This document shows positions 22,874 through 34,770 of a stretch of DNA of 64,000 nt, piece after piece (the stretch's first letter is position 1; every line of letters starts with the position of its first letter). The notes under the pieces were generated by a model that was not told where the DNA came from, searched no databases, and saw only the letters and a program-made list of their open reading frames with translations. Source of the stretch: an uncultured Hormoscilla sp. (GTDB lineage Bacteria; Cyanobacteriota; Cyanobacteriia; Cyanobacteriales; Desertifilaceae); assembly GCA_963921275.4 (NCBI GenBank), contig OZ001293.3, positions 2,624,001 to 2,688,000 on the forward strand, in the 5' to 3' direction. The position numbers were made by a program, and so were the translations under genes.

Positions 22874-24006
22874 CCCAGATATCCTCTGGATGAATTGGAT
22901 GGGGTCGAGCCGGGAATCGCTTCCCGACCCTCCCTTGAGGAACCGGACTTGCGATTTTCACCGCATCCGGCTACTGGGTACTAGGCCCTTTTCATAGGTA
23001 GACTTAATAGGAATTACTTCCGTTAGCCCTTGCCGCCTGTCTTTTCTTCCCTTTCCTGGTTTAGCGAGTGGTTGTTCTGATAACCGTTAGTATCACCATT
23101 TTCAAGTCAGTTTTACCAGCTATCCATACCTTATCCTCCACTTGCGTTTCGGATTAGTTCCGTGGCTTTTTAGGATTACTCATTCCAGCAGCTTCCTAGT
23201 ATCACCGACCCACGTCAGCGCTGGCTACCCAGCATCATCTACATTACTGTAGATGTTATCCCAGGAATTACCCCGGGCATTCGCTTCTTGGGCCATCCCT
23301 CCCCCCGTGGCTTGCGCTTAACATCTAACTTGTCCTGATGGACAGCACACGAGAGGTTACTTCGTTCCCTAACAACATTTCGCGATACCTTTAGGTCCAC
23401 ACTATACCCCGGGAGCTATTTGAGTACTATATTAGCCAGAGTCTAAAACTAATACTAGCTACCATTTCCTTTTTAGGCCAGCGCATATAGCCTTATTTCG
23501 CTGGTTCCTTATAACGAGGCTTGCACATGTTTGCCTGCTCTAACCTTGGATATCTTTCCTAGCGGCGTCACCGGCTTAGGCTGCCAGTTATCCTACATTT
23601 GAGTCCTCGCTTAGCACCACGATGATGTCGCTTCGTAGCACCGAGGACCGGTGTCACCTCCGTACCTGGGGGGAGGGGAATTTAACCCCCATGCGGTCAG
23701 AGTTCCCGGCTAATGAAACCGGGCTAGCGTTCCGTGTTTGACCACGTTAGGCTAGAACGAATCGCACATCCTCAATAGAAGATTAGCATCGGCTTGAATC
23801 GCCTCTGCGGACACCTCCAGTAATTCACTGCAACGATTACTCAGGAACGGCCAAGCCAAACGGCCATCGTCGCGCCGCAGAATTTGGCAGATCGCCATAG
23901 CCGATCCTCTAGCAAGGATTCGGTCCAGTCTGGCCTCACTTTCGACCTTCACCGCAGGCGTGGCGCAGCCATGCTTGTTTGGTGTCGAATTGCTTAAATC
24001 TCGCAT
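22874..24006 (-). pseudogene. PAS-domain 5' part of a sensor kinase, exons 24006-23768 and 22896-22874
   Basis: Removing the intron gives ..FLSNRCSELLEVSAEAIQADANLLLRIIHPEDIW (PAS IHPED motif). Confidence 0.75.
22897..23767 (-). mobile_element. ORF-less group II intron, family A copy 2 (871 nt)
   Basis: Reverse complement of 14282-15152 with about three substitutions. Confidence 0.95.
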
Positions 24007-24159
24007 TATTGGGTATATCTACTCATTTTACTCCCGTCGAGCGCGAAAAATCCCAGACCCGTCATCAATGTCTCTATCGAAACTTGACATACCGTAATAT
24101 AAAGTATTATCACCCATATCAAGTGATACTGCACCGGACTGCGATTGGATGGTGGTCCC

Positions 24160-24477
24160 TTAAAACTTGTCGAGCATCCATTCAGAAGCCCGCGCTCCCA
24201 ATTCTATGGGAATGCTGACCACTTTACCCAGTCGGGGGCGATCGCGGGTGTTTTCAATGTACGACTTGATCTGTTCGTCAGCGCCCCAGTCATGCAGGCA
24301 CAGAGCAATCTGATTGAGATGGGATCTATACTCTGCCTCCTCTAGCGGGAAAGACGCCTGTTCCAGATATTTCCACATCACCTGCACAAATATCTTGCCC
24401 TGAGTCCGCCGCAGCTTCAGGTCGTAAGAGCGTCCCCATTTGTTCAACAATAACTGATGTAAGTCTGCTCCTGTCAT
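24160..24477 (-). CDS. DUF3067-like conserved cyanobacterial protein
   Basis: KWGRSYD..QVMWKYLEQASFPL..RPRLGK; divergent from petC. Confidence 0.8.
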   Translation of the reverse strand: MTGADLHQLLLNKWGRSYDLKLRRTQGKIFVQVMWKYLEQASFPLEEAEYRSHLNQIALCLHDWGADEQIKSYIENTRDRPRLGKVVSIPIELGARASEWMLDKF

Positions 24478-25097
24478 ACCATTTTATATTTTAGATTGCA
24501 ATCTAGTCCGATATCTCTGCTCCTTGCTCTTATCCCAGGGGACATGGACGGCATACAGGAGACATCGGCGAGTGATTATCGGGATTGTCACCTGTAGCAT
24601 TTTTTTTATGTATGGTATCATAGCACTCCTCCTTGGGTCTTTTGTTTACATTTATTCATGAAAAATATCTGCGAGCAGTTAAAAAAATGTAATAATACTC
24701 TCAGAAAGATGAGAAACTGCCTCGATCGGCTTGCGGTGGCTGTGTCCCCCGAGAGCGCCTTAAGCACGTTCCCAGGCTTCTTCAATGTACTTCGGGCGCA
24801 CTATTCATACTGCCCGGAGTACATCGCCGTGGGAACGAGGGGGCTGTGTCCCTTGACAGGGCAGGGGGGACACAGGAGCGGAGTCGAACCGCAATCTTGT
24901 CAGCATATACTCGGTGTCTCCTATGAATGTGCTCCTAGGGGTCGGGAGACACCGAAGTCCCTGGTGCCTGCCTCCGATATCTCCTATTGTGCTCTTGTCC
25001 CAGGGGACATACGGCACACAGGAGACATCGTAGTAAGGTAGGTGGAGGTCACTTTTGTCTATAGACAGATAAATTAACAATATCTCAAGCAGAGGTC

Positions 25098-25640
25098 ATG
25101 ACACAAATTTCAGGCTCAGCGGATGTCCCGGATATGGGACGTCGTCAATTCATGAATCTTCTGACCTTTGGTGCGGTCACGGGCACGGCCCTAGGAGCAC
25201 TATATCCGGTTGTCAAGTATTTTATCCCACCCTCTAGTGGTGGTGCAGGCGGTGGGGTCACAGCGAAGGACTCTCTGGGGAATGACGTGATCGTCAGTGA
25301 GTTTTTGTCCAATCATAATTCAGGGGAACGGGCCCTAGCTCAGGGGCTGAAGGGGGATCCGACCTACCTGATAGTAAAGAAAGACGAAACCCTGGCAGAG
25401 TATGGCTTAAACGCTGTTTGTACTCACTTGGGCTGTGTGGTTCCCTGGAATGCCAGCGAGAACAAGTTCATTTGTCCCTGTCACGGTTCTCAGTATAATG
25501 ACGCTGGCAAAGTAGTGCGGGGACCAGCTCCCCTGTCTTTGGCATTAGTCCATGCTGATGTCACAGAGGATGATAAAGTCGTGTTTACCACCTGGACCGA
25601 AACTGACTTCCGCACCGGTGAAGACCCCTGGTGGACCTAA
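25098..25640 (+). CDS. petC: Cytochrome b6f Rieske iron-sulfur subunit
   Basis: [26 protein letters not shown]. Confidence 0.97.
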   Translation: MTQISGSADVPDMGRRQFMNLLTFGAVTGTALGALYPVVKYFIPPSSGGAGGGVTAKDSLGNDVIVSEFLSNHNSGERALAQGLKGDPTYLIVKKDETLAEYGLNAVCTHLGCVVPWNASENKFICPCHGSQYNDAGKVVRGPAPLSLALVHADVTEDDKVVFTTWTETDFRTGEDPWWT

Positions 25641-26061
25641 TGCTGCACGAGAACCTATACTTTGAAAGGGATCGACTTGCGCAAAAATGTTGAAGTTGGT
25701 GTCATTGCTCGGGGGGCTCCCAAACCAGTAACTGTGGTATGCTTCAACTTTTGACCCCCCGGCCTTCGCAGCGGCGCGACGCAGGAGCGCTAGCAATCTC
25801 CTGCCCAGCGCGTGGAGATTGCTTCGGGGGGGAGTTACTTCTTTTGCACAAGGCTCTCTCAATTGGACCCCCCCTCGCTCCGGACATTTGCTTAGCGCTT
25901 TTGCTCTTCAAGATATGGCCCTAAGAGCAAAGGGACCCTTCGCAGTATAGGATGTTGATGGTTGATGGTTGATGGAGAACGTTCATGGCAATGAACAATG
26001 AACAATCAACAATGAACGATTAACAATGAACTAATTGTATTTCAGAGCATTGTTGGAACTG

Positions 26062-27069
26062 ATGAAAAAAGTTGATGTATTGGCGAGATCCCATAGCTGC
26101 AAGCGGGTACTGACTCAAACTATAGTGCTGGCGATCGCTATTCTTGTCTGTTTTGTAGGGCTAGATCTAGCCCACCTCCAAACGGCGGCGGCCTATCCCT
26201 TCTGGGCCCAGCAAACGGCCCCGGAAACTCCCCGGGAAGCGACTGGGCGAATTGTTTGTGCCAACTGTCACTTGGCTTCTAAAGTGACGGAAATTGAAGT
26301 ACCTCAGTCGGTGCTGCCCGACACGGTGTTTGAAGCTGTGGTGAAAGTCCCCTACGACCTGAGCGTGCAGCAAGTGTCGTCCGATGGCGAACTTGATTCC
26401 TTACAGGTGGGTGCGGTGTTAATGTTACCCGAAGGCTTCAAGATTGCACCAGAGGAACGCATTCCTGAAGAATTACTCGAAAAAATCGACGATTTAGACG
26501 ATTACGAAACCTACACCGAGGACGACGAAAACGTCATTATTGTCGGACCGCTACCGGGCGACGAATATCAGGAAATCATCTTCCCAGTTCTTTCCCCCGA
26601 TCCACGGACGGATAAAAATATCCACTTCGGGAAGTATGCCATACATGTAGGCGGGAACCGGGGTCGCGGTCAGGTTTATCCCACAGGGGAAAATAGCAAC
26701 AACAATGTCTACAAGGCTTCTACCGCTGGCACGATCGCTCAGATTACCAAACTGGTAGATTCCGATGATGATGAGGAGGGTTATGAAGTGACTATTCAGC
26801 CTGCTGACGGTGACGCCGTGGTAGAGGAGATTCCGTTAGGACCGCAGTTGATTGTCTCGGAAGGACAGGAAGTTGCCGCTGGGGAGCCTTTGACTAACAA
26901 CCCAAATGTGGGTGGTTTTGGTCAGGCTGATACGGAAATAGTCTTGCAAAGCGCTAGTCGGATTAAATGGTTAATGGCTTTCATTGCTGCTACCATACTG
27001 TCTCAAATATTGCTGATTCTGAAGAAGAAGCAAATTGAAAAAGTTCAAGCTGCTGAGATGAATTTCTAA
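26062..27069 (+). CDS. petA: Apocytochrome f
   Basis: [42 protein letters not shown]. Confidence 0.97.
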   Translation: MKKVDVLARSHSCKRVLTQTIVLAIAILVCFVGLDLAHLQTAAAYPFWAQQTAPETPREATGRIVCANCHLASKVTEIEVPQSVLPDTVFEAVVKVPYDLSVQQVSSDGELDSLQVGAVLMLPEGFKIAPEERIPEELLEKIDDLDDYETYTEDDENVIIVGPLPGDEYQEIIFPVLSPDPRTDKNIHFGKYAIHVGGNRGRGQVYPTGENSNNNVYKASTAGTIAQITKLVDSDDDEEGYEVTIQPADGDAVVEEIPLGPQLIVSEGQEVAAGEPLTNNPNVGGFGQADTEIVLQSASRIKWLMAFIAATILSQILLILKKKQIEKVQAAEMNF

Positions 27070-27629
27070 GTCGATCGTCTCATCTTTATTTCTGTCTGGG
27101 ATGGGCGAATTGCCTGTCCCTTAGTCAGCCATGTCCCCTGGGATAAGAGCTCTGGCAGAGACATCGAAAGGGAAGGTTGACAGGCTCCATGTATGCTACA
27201 AATGGAAGGAGATAGATGATATCCGATCGGGAGATCCCTAATCGAAAATATAAAATATAAAATCGATAAGGGATTGAACAATATGGCTCTTTAACCCTGG
27301 TGGATAGGAAGGGTAATTACAAACTCCGTTCCCTGTCCTGGTTGCGATGTGCTCTGCGCGCGCTATTCGCACTGATTAATGTGCTCTGTGCGCGCAGTGC
27401 ACAGAGCACATTAATCGCACATCGCGGAAACACACTGCAAACTCCCGTTTGGCAGATGGATATATTGTGCTAGCTACAACTGGAGTCAATGTCTTAGCTT
27501 CAGAATATCTTAATTTTTATCCGCTTTCAGGCATAGAGTAACTCTCGCGTCACTTGATGGGAGAATGCGATCGAGAAGATTTGGGGAAGATGGAAGTATA
27601 ACACAGTTCCCATCTCCCCGATTTTAGCT

Positions 27630-29222
27630 TTACTGCAAGGGGCGATAGACGCGATAGTTGATTTCGGGGAAGATATTGTCGATCGTCTCTACTTTCTCCA
27701 GCCAACCGCTATCGATTTTACCGTGATTAATATCATCGTAGAGTTTGTTGAACCGCATTAAGTGCGATCGGGTCCGCCGCACGGCATAAGGCACCATCGT
27801 ACCCGTGCGCATAATAAACGCCCAGTCAGAAGATTCAGCCAGCAAAAGTTCTCGTGCGGCCTGGTTAAGGGCCTTCCACTCCAACTCATCAGCAGGTTCT
27901 CGACTGGCCATGGAAATCATCCGTTCCGCTGCTTTGTGCAAATGGGGATAAACCCAGGCATTCGTCTCATTCAGCCAATACTCGTGGAAACCCTTATACC
28001 CCCAACTAGACTGAGAGGGACGACAGACTTGCTGAGTCAGATTACCTCGTAGATAATCTGCCAAATGGGTCATCTCATAAATGTCTTGGTCATACCAGGA
28101 CTTACGGAATAGGTAATCGATGAACCAAGGCCCCTCGTACCACCAATGGCCAAATAACTCCGCATCGTAGGGCGAGACGATCATGGGAGGACGCTGCATA
28201 ATCCCGTGCAGGTGCTCGGTTTGCTGCTGGCGATTGAACATAAAATTACCTGCATGTTCGGCTGCCTTTTCCCGCGCCCAATAAGGGTCATACAGGGCCT
28301 TGTCTGATAAACCCAGACCCCGACCCGTAATCTTGTGGTATTTGATGCCAGTATTTTTCCGCTGTCCGTTGGGCATAATGTAAGGCTTGATGTACTCGTA
28401 GTCAGCCTCCCAGCCCAAATCCTTGTAAAATTCTCGGTATTCTGCTGCACTAGGATAGCCTACCTCCGAGGACCACACCTGTTGGGAAGACTCGTGATCG
28501 CGCCCGAAAGCCGCCACGCCGGTTTCTGTGAAAACCGGCGCATAGCTGCCATAGCGGGGGCGGGGACGGGCGTAAAGAATCCCGTGTCCGTCGGTGAGGA
28601 AGTAGCGCAAACCTGCATCCGCTAGCATCCGCTCTACCCCTTCATAATAGGCACATTCTGGCAACCAGATGCCCTTGGGCGATCGGCAGAAATTCTGCTC
28701 GTAATGTTCGCAGGCTACCTGAATTTGGGCCCACACGGCCTCGGGATACATCTTCATCAGCGGCAGATAGCCGTGGGTAGCGCCGCAGGTGACGATCTCC
28801 AGGTTGTTGCTATCCAGGAATTGCTTAAAAGCGGTTACCAAGTCGCAGTCATAACGTTCCCAGGTATCGCGAATCTCCTTCAACTCTTTGGCATAATACT
28901 CGGCTAGATAGCGCAGGTGACCGTTATGCTGGTTATGATCGATCTCTTTTTGGACTAATTCCTCTAACAAGGCCAGATGCGCGTCGTATCGTTCTTGCAA
29001 CAGCGGATCCCGCAGCATCGACACCAGAGGCGGTGTCATGCTCATGGTCATTTTGAAGTCCACACCATCCCTTTTTAAGCCTTCAAATACATGCAGCAGA
29101 GGGATGTAGGTTTCTGTGATCGCCTCATACAGCCATTCTTCTTCCAGCACGTAGTCGCTTTCGGGGTGCCGGACAAAGGGTAGGTGGGCATGGAGGACAA
29201 GGGCAACGTAGCCAATAGCCAT
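27630..29222 (-). CDS. Glycoside hydrolase family 57, branching-enzyme type
   Basis: HAHLPFV, WLPECAY, YDAELFGHWWYEG, SSDWAF. Confidence 0.92.
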   Translation of the reverse strand: MAIGYVALVLHAHLPFVRHPESDYVLEEEWLYEAITETYIPLLHVFEGLKRDGVDFKMTMSMTPPLVSMLRDPLLQERYDAHLALLEELVQKEIDHNQHNGHLRYLAEYYAKELKEIRDTWERYDCDLVTAFKQFLDSNNLEIVTCGATHGYLPLMKMYPEAVWAQIQVACEHYEQNFCRSPKGIWLPECAYYEGVERMLADAGLRYFLTDGHGILYARPRPRYGSYAPVFTETGVAAFGRDHESSQQVWSSEVGYPSAAEYREFYKDLGWEADYEYIKPYIMPNGQRKNTGIKYHKITGRGLGLSDKALYDPYWAREKAAEHAGNFMFNRQQQTEHLHGIMQRPPMIVSPYDAELFGHWWYEGPWFIDYLFRKSWYDQDIYEMTHLADYLRGNLTQQVCRPSQSSWGYKGFHEYWLNETNAWVYPHLHKAAERMISMASREPADELEWKALNQAARELLLAESSDWAFIMRTGTMVPYAVRRTRSHLMRFNKLYDDINHGKIDSGWLEKVETIDNIFPEINYRVYRPLQ

Positions 29223-29472
29223 AGTAACTCAGTCGTAATGGGTGAATTTGCAATTACAGCAGGATCGGTAAAGCTTTACGATATTTTAAAATTTTCTTGT
29301 CATATGCGGACAAGACAGCCATCTGTCTATCCCAAGAAAGCAGAGCGATCCCAACGGGATCACTCTACCTCAAAATCATGCTAATTGAAAATGGCGATTG
29401 CGCTGCATGCACGAAGCGCAAGTATTTATACTTATATTATTCCCTAACGCTTACTGCCAAAGGCTTCCGGAT

Positions 29473-29624
29473 CTAGAACATCGGTCCAGTAGCACAAATT
29501 TTGGGTAAAGTGATTATGGCTCCTTGGGAGGTCCAGGGAGAGGGCCAGACGAGAAGATGTTGATTTTCCGTTGATTCACAGATGTTTGAATTTGTCAAGT
29601 ATTATTAATGGACCGATGTCCTAG
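29473..29624. mobile_element. 152-bp MITE bounded by CTAG
   Basis: CTAGAACATCGGTCCA ... TGGACCGATGTCCTAG; a lone similar end at 621-640. Confidence 0.7.
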
Positions 29625-29795
29625 GCACCTTCTCACGCCCAGCAGTCACCGTAGGTTGGATTTGGCAACGTTACCCAACCTACTGCGATCGCCCTTTTGC
29701 TGGGGCCATATTCACTCTTTTGCCCAGAAACCAGGTTTTTTGGAAAAACCTGGTTTCTTAATGCAAAGCGATCGGGCAGACTTCTCCAACCCACT

Positions 29796-31799
29796 CTAAT
29801 AATAGTAATACCAGTTTCCAGGTTTAATGCCATTAAGCCACCAGCGGAGCAAAGACCCAACAACTTCCACCTCAATCTCTTGTCCTTTGCGCCGTAAAAT
29901 CGCGTAGGGACTATAGGCTTCGCTGATATCCATACATTGGTGAGAGCCTTCCTTGCAAAAGGCGACAAAGGCAGGAATAGCTGCTCCCTGAGAATCCCAA
30001 TAAATTTCGCTCTTCTCCCGCCACTCCCAGAAAGCCTTCATAACTGTCTGGTGATTCAGTCCTAGCAAATTGATTGGGTCTTTAGCTGACCATTTAGCTT
30101 TGAATGCTGCCTCTAAATCTGGAGTTTCTAGCACTGAGAATACATAGTGCTCGTGGACCTCATCGCGAGCCTCATCGTTCCAGTACTGGGCTATGAGTAA
30201 TGTTGCTGAGTTAAGTTGAGGGTATTTTTCAAAACAAGCTTTAACCCAATTTGACATAGGAATCAATAATTCGCGCTCTTAGTTGTGCTGCTTCCTATTC
30301 ACTGTATAGGTGGATGGGGTCGAGCCGGGAATCGCTTCCCGACCCTCCCTTGAGGAACCGGACTTGCGATTTTCACCGCATCCGGCTACTGGGTACTAGG
30401 CCCTTTTCATAGGTAGACTTAATAGGAATTACTTCCGTTAGCCCTTGCCGCCTGTCTTTTCTTCCCTTTCCTGGTTTAGCGAGTGGTTGTTCTGATAACC
30501 GTTAGTATCACCATTTTCAAGTCAGTTTTACCAGTTATCCATACCTTATCCTCCACTTGCGTTTCGGATTAGTTCCGTGGCTTTTTAGGATTACTCATTC
30601 CAGCAGCTTCCTAGTATCACCGACCCACGTCAGCGCTGGCTACCCAGCATCATCTACATTACTGTAGATGTTATCCCAGGAATTACCCCGGGCATTCGCT
30701 TCTTGGGCCATCCCTCCCCCCGTGGCTTGCGCTTAACATCTAACTTGTCCTGATGGACAGCACACGAGAGGTTACTTCGTTCCCTAACAACATTTCGCGA
30801 TACCTTTAGGTCCACACTATACCCCGGGAGCTATTTGAGTACTATATTAGCCAGAGTCTAAAACTAATACTAGCTACCATTTCCTTTTTAGGCCAGCGCA
30901 TATAGCCTTATTTCGCTGGTTCCTTATAACGAGGCTTGCACATGTTTGCCTGCTCTAACCTTGGATATCTTTCCTAGCGGCGTCACCGGCTTAGGCTGCC
31001 AGTTATCCTACATTTGAGTCCTCGCTTAGCACCACGATGATGTCGCTTCGTAGCACCGAGGACCGGTGTCACCCCCGTACCTGGGGGGAGGGGAATTTAA
31101 CCCCCATGCGGTTCAGAGTTCCCGGCTAATGAAACCGGGCTAGCGTTCCGTGTTTGACCACGTTAGGCTAGAACGAATCGCACAGTCTCCAGAAGGATCT
31201 CCCTCTAGACAATCTTTAGCTATTTGTTTAATTTCATATTCCTTAAAGCTCCTCAGAGATTGTGGCGTGATTCCATCCTGATGAGGACGCCACATTTTAC
31301 CAATAATTTCAACTTCAATGTCATCACCCAGGCGACGGAGAATGGCATAGGGAACAAAGTCTTCCTTAACATTATTTTTTGAGGGAGACTCATTTTTGCA
31401 AAATGCAGCGAAAGCAGGAATTGCAATTCCTGCTTCATCCCAAATTAATTTGTAGTTGTGCGGTAATTTGACTTTTTGATTTTCCGATCGCAAACTGCGC
31501 ATTACTTTGTCAATTTCCTCGCGATCGTGACATGTAAATACTGGCAGATTAACTAAGTCTGTGCTTAAGTGATATTTTGAAGTTAGACCAGCGGACCAAT
31601 CGGGGTTTTCCAGTAATGAGAATATGTATTCGTCATAGACTGCGTCATGTTCCCACTCATTACAATACTCAACGAGCAACACAATAGACTGAAGCTGGCT
31701 GTACTTTTTAAAGCAAGCGGCTGCAAATGGCTTGACCCAATCTTCTATTAGCTTTGCCCGTAATTGGGCTGTTTCTTCTGCTGTGTACATGTATTTCAT
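29796..31799 (-). pseudogene. Two-domain tandem-repeat protein of unknown function, exons 31799-31184 and 30311-29796
   Basis: Both halves share AQLRA..ACF.KY.QL.S..FS.LE.PD..AIPAF.AFCK..PYAILRR; second half has TAG near 30295 and a frameshift near 30250. Confidence 0.75.
30312..31183 (-). mobile_element. ORF-less group II intron, family A copy 3 (872 nt)
   Basis: Near-identical to the other copies, one extra base near 31113. Confidence 0.95.
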
Positions 31800-31839
31800 T
31801 GCGATCGCCCTCTCGAATAAGTCTCCACAACTGTAAAAA

Positions 31840-32523
31840 TTATCCCACAACCAGGTCCAGTTGTTGCTTTCTTTGGCGATCGCATAGCCTGTGCATGTAA
31901 TATTCCAGGATAACTGGCGTTCCATCTGCGGCTCGTTCCCGTACCCAGTCTAACCCAAAGCTGCGATCGGTCAGGGGTTGGTGAATATCCGCCTGTCCGT
32001 TATTGGCCGACAGGTGAAGTTCTCCGATATGTTCGTAGTCCTGGAGTCGGCGCCAGATCTGGGGTGACAGACTACCCTGGCACAGTTGCATATAGATGTG
32101 AGAGACATCAACTGCCAGCACCACCCCCATTGCCATTGCCCGAGCAATTTCTTCATCATCACCGAGGCAGTAGCCAGGATACATAGTCTCTAATAATAGA
32201 TGGGAGTAGGCTCCTGCTGCCAAATTTTTTCTCCAAACCTCAACCATGCTGTCTGTCAAGCGAGGCGGATGGACTGAGTGGCTGAGTGGCAGACATACTG
32301 CGTTTTCGTTCCAAACTTTGCACTTCAGGGCTCGATAGTGAAAGCCGTGGTGAGTTCTACTCTCAACCTGGTAATCTTGCAGCCATTGCCAAAAATTAGG
32401 TGTAGGCACGTTCCCAGGAGTTAACTGTAGACCAGCAGCCCCCAATTCTAGCAATTCTTCTGCCGCCCCTTGCATCGGTCGTCCCTGCAAACAACTTAAG
32501 GCTAGGTAAAGCACCGGTTCCAC
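31840..32523 (-). CDS. Putative metal-binding TIM-barrel protein (xylose-isomerase/AP-endonuclease-like)
   Basis: LETMYP, DVSH, ELHLSANNGQADIH, ILEYY. Confidence 0.55.
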   Translation of the reverse strand: MEPVLYLALSCLQGRPMQGAAEELLELGAAGLQLTPGNVPTPNFWQWLQDYQVESRTHHGFHYRALKCKVWNENAVCLPLSHSVHPPRLTDSMVEVWRKNLAAGAYSHLLLETMYPGYCLGDDEEIARAMAMGVVLAVDVSHIYMQLCQGSLSPQIWRRLQDYEHIGELHLSANNGQADIHQPLTDRSFGLDWVRERAADGTPVILEYYMHRLCDRQRKQQLDLVVG

Positions 32524-32610
32524 CTCCTGCTAGTCAACGAAGTTGATTCCATCTGATAGAATTATTCTAACATAAACAGGACTGGGGCAACATCGCAGCC
32601 CTAAGAAAAA

Positions 32611-32928
32611 AAATTTGTCAAAGAGACATGAGAAAATTATAATAGGTATTGTGGAGTGCCTGTATCCTTGAGCGAGGGTCAAACCGTGCGACTGCGATTG
32701 GTGCCGGAAGTTTCGCCTGGGGGACCAAAGACTGAGTTAGACAAGGCATTCCAATTGATGGTTGACCAAGGATGGATGACTCTCCCACCTCACGATCCTA
32801 ATATCAAACCAGTTTCCCAAGAAGAGGTATGCGAACTGGCGAAGAGACTAGAGGCAAAACCGGGTAATCTCGGAAATTATCATTGAGGATCGTCGCTAAT
32901 GGCAAACGCTTATTTTCTTGATAGTAGC
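32611..32928 (+). pseudogene. Truncated tandem duplicate of the downstream antitoxin-vapC start
   Basis: Near-identical to 32941-33352 but lacks the ATG-bearing segment. Confidence 0.85.
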
Positions 32929-33014
32929 CCGAAGGGAAAAAACATTTGTCAAACGGACCTGAGAGAATTATAATAAATATTGTGGAGTTGGAGTAAAAGC
33001 ACGGGAGTAATAAT

Positions 33015-33323
33015 ATGGAAAAGATACCAGAAATAATAGTTGCTGTATACGAGAATGGGATGTTGCGCCCGAAAGTGCCTGTATCCTTGAGCGAGGGTCA
33101 AACCGTGCGACTGCGATTGGTGCCCGAAGTTTCGCCTGGGGGACCAAAGACTGAGCTAGACAAGGCATTCCAGTTGATGGTTGACCAAGGATGGATGACT
33201 CTCCCACCTCACGATCCTAATATCAAACCAGTTTCCCAAGAAGAGGTATGCGAACTGGCTAACAGACTGGGGGCAAAACCAGGTAAGCCTCTCTCGGAAA
33301 TTATCATTGAGGATCGTCGCTAA
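33015..33323 (+). CDS. AF2212/DUF104-like antitoxin
   Basis: IVAVYENGMLRPKVPVSLSEGQTVRL; overlaps PIN gene start. Confidence 0.75.
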   Translation: MEKIPEIIVAVYENGMLRPKVPVSLSEGQTVRLRLVPEVSPGGPKTELDKAFQLMVDQGWMTLPPHDPNIKPVSQEEVCELANRLGAKPGKPLSEIIIEDRR

Positions 33324-33790
33324 TGGCAAACGCTTATTTCCTTGATAGCAGCACCTTGGTCAAAAGGTATGTGACTGAAACTGGTAGCGCCTGGGTGCAA
33401 GCGCTTACAGATCCCCAGATGGGCAACTCTATAATTGTAGTCCGCATCACCTGGGTGGAAGTTCTAAGTGCTTTCGATCGCCGTCAACGGGAAGGGAGTC
33501 TAACTGCTACTGAAGTTGTCGAGACTATTGACAAGTTCCGCTCTGAACTAAATAGTCAGTATAGAGTGATAGAAGTTGACCAAGCACTATTTGAAAAAGC
33601 GGGTGAATTGGTTGTTCAATATCCCCTACGTGCTTATGATGCTATGCAACTGGCAGCGGCAATGCGCATTCGCTCGATCGTCACTCTGATGCCAGATACT
33701 CAACTGGTTTTTGTTTCGGCGGACGATCGCCTCCTGAATATTGCCCAGACTGAAGGCTTGGTGACTGATAACCCTAATAATTACCCATAA
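33323..33790 (+). CDS. VapC family PIN toxin
   Basis: YFLDSSTLVKRY..E..LRAYDAMQLA..FVSADDRL. Confidence 0.9.
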   Translation: MANAYFLDSSTLVKRYVTETGSAWVQALTDPQMGNSIIVVRITWVEVLSAFDRRQREGSLTATEVVETIDKFRSELNSQYRVIEVDQALFEKAGELVVQYPLRAYDAMQLAAAMRIRSIVTLMPDTQLVFVSADDRLLNIAQTEGLVTDNPNNYP

Positions 33791-34167
33791 GGGGGCGAGG
33801 GCGATCGGGGGGTATAAGGGGGCGAGGGCGATCGGGGAGTGCATTCCCAAATTAAGAAACCCCAAAATTAAGAAACCCGGTTGGCAACCAGCCAGCACAA
33901 TCAAATTTGTCTGTACGCCGGTTACAGCCGATCGTCTTCTGACAATTCTGTCAACTTTCTACGGTACTCAAATATGCCGATCGAAAGCTGTTTTTTTCCA
34001 CCGTTCCGGAAAAATCGGTAGCCTCTCCGTACCGGCGACGGGCTCTATTGCGAATCCCAACCGGAACAGCACAACCGATCGCGCAACTGGCGATTGCCGC
34101 GACTTTTTCTATTGGGCCGTCATCTACTGAAAAATGGCTGATTCTGGTAAATTATTAGGTTATTGCT

Positions 34168-34770
34168 ATGTATGCTGTTGTTTCCCGTGAAAAAATTAAA
34201 TTACCCCCAGGAACCGTGATGCAAATGCCCAGAACCTGGCAAGACTACTGTACCCTCCGCGATAGTCGGGGGGATGGATCTATTCCCCGCATTAAGTTTC
34301 GTAATGGTAAAATTCTGCTGATGAGTCCTTTACCTATACACGGGCGCGAAGCCAACATTCTGGCGGACGTTGTCAAGGCACTGCTAGATAGTGAAGCCCG
34401 CAGCTACGAAGCCTTTACCCCCATCACAATGAACATTCCTAAAGCAGGGGGGATCTCCCCAGACTACTGTTTCTACATCGACAACTGGCCTGCTGCCGTC
34501 GGCAAAGATCGGATCGACTGGCAAGCAGATCCGCCGCCCGATCTGGTCATCGAAATTGATGTCACTACCTATACCGCAGCTGAAGACTATGGGCCTTATC
34601 AAGTGCCAGAAGTCTGGTTATTCAAAAAGAGTGGGCTCAAGATTTACAGCTTGCAAGGGGAATCTTATCAACAGCAAACCTGGAGCCGCTATTTCCCAGA
34701 AATTGACTTGCCAACCCTCATCGGGAATGTCCTTCAGGCGGCATCAACGCAAGCGATCAGGTACGAATGA
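34168..34770 (+). CDS. Uma2 family endonuclease-like protein
   Basis: PDYCFYI, PPPDLVIEID, VPEVW. Confidence 0.85.
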   Translation: MYAVVSREKIKLPPGTVMQMPRTWQDYCTLRDSRGDGSIPRIKFRNGKILLMSPLPIHGREANILADVVKALLDSEARSYEAFTPITMNIPKAGGISPDYCFYIDNWPAAVGKDRIDWQADPPPDLVIEIDVTTYTAAEDYGPYQVPEVWLFKKSGLKIYSLQGESYQQQTWSRYFPEIDLPTLIGNVLQAASTQAIRYE

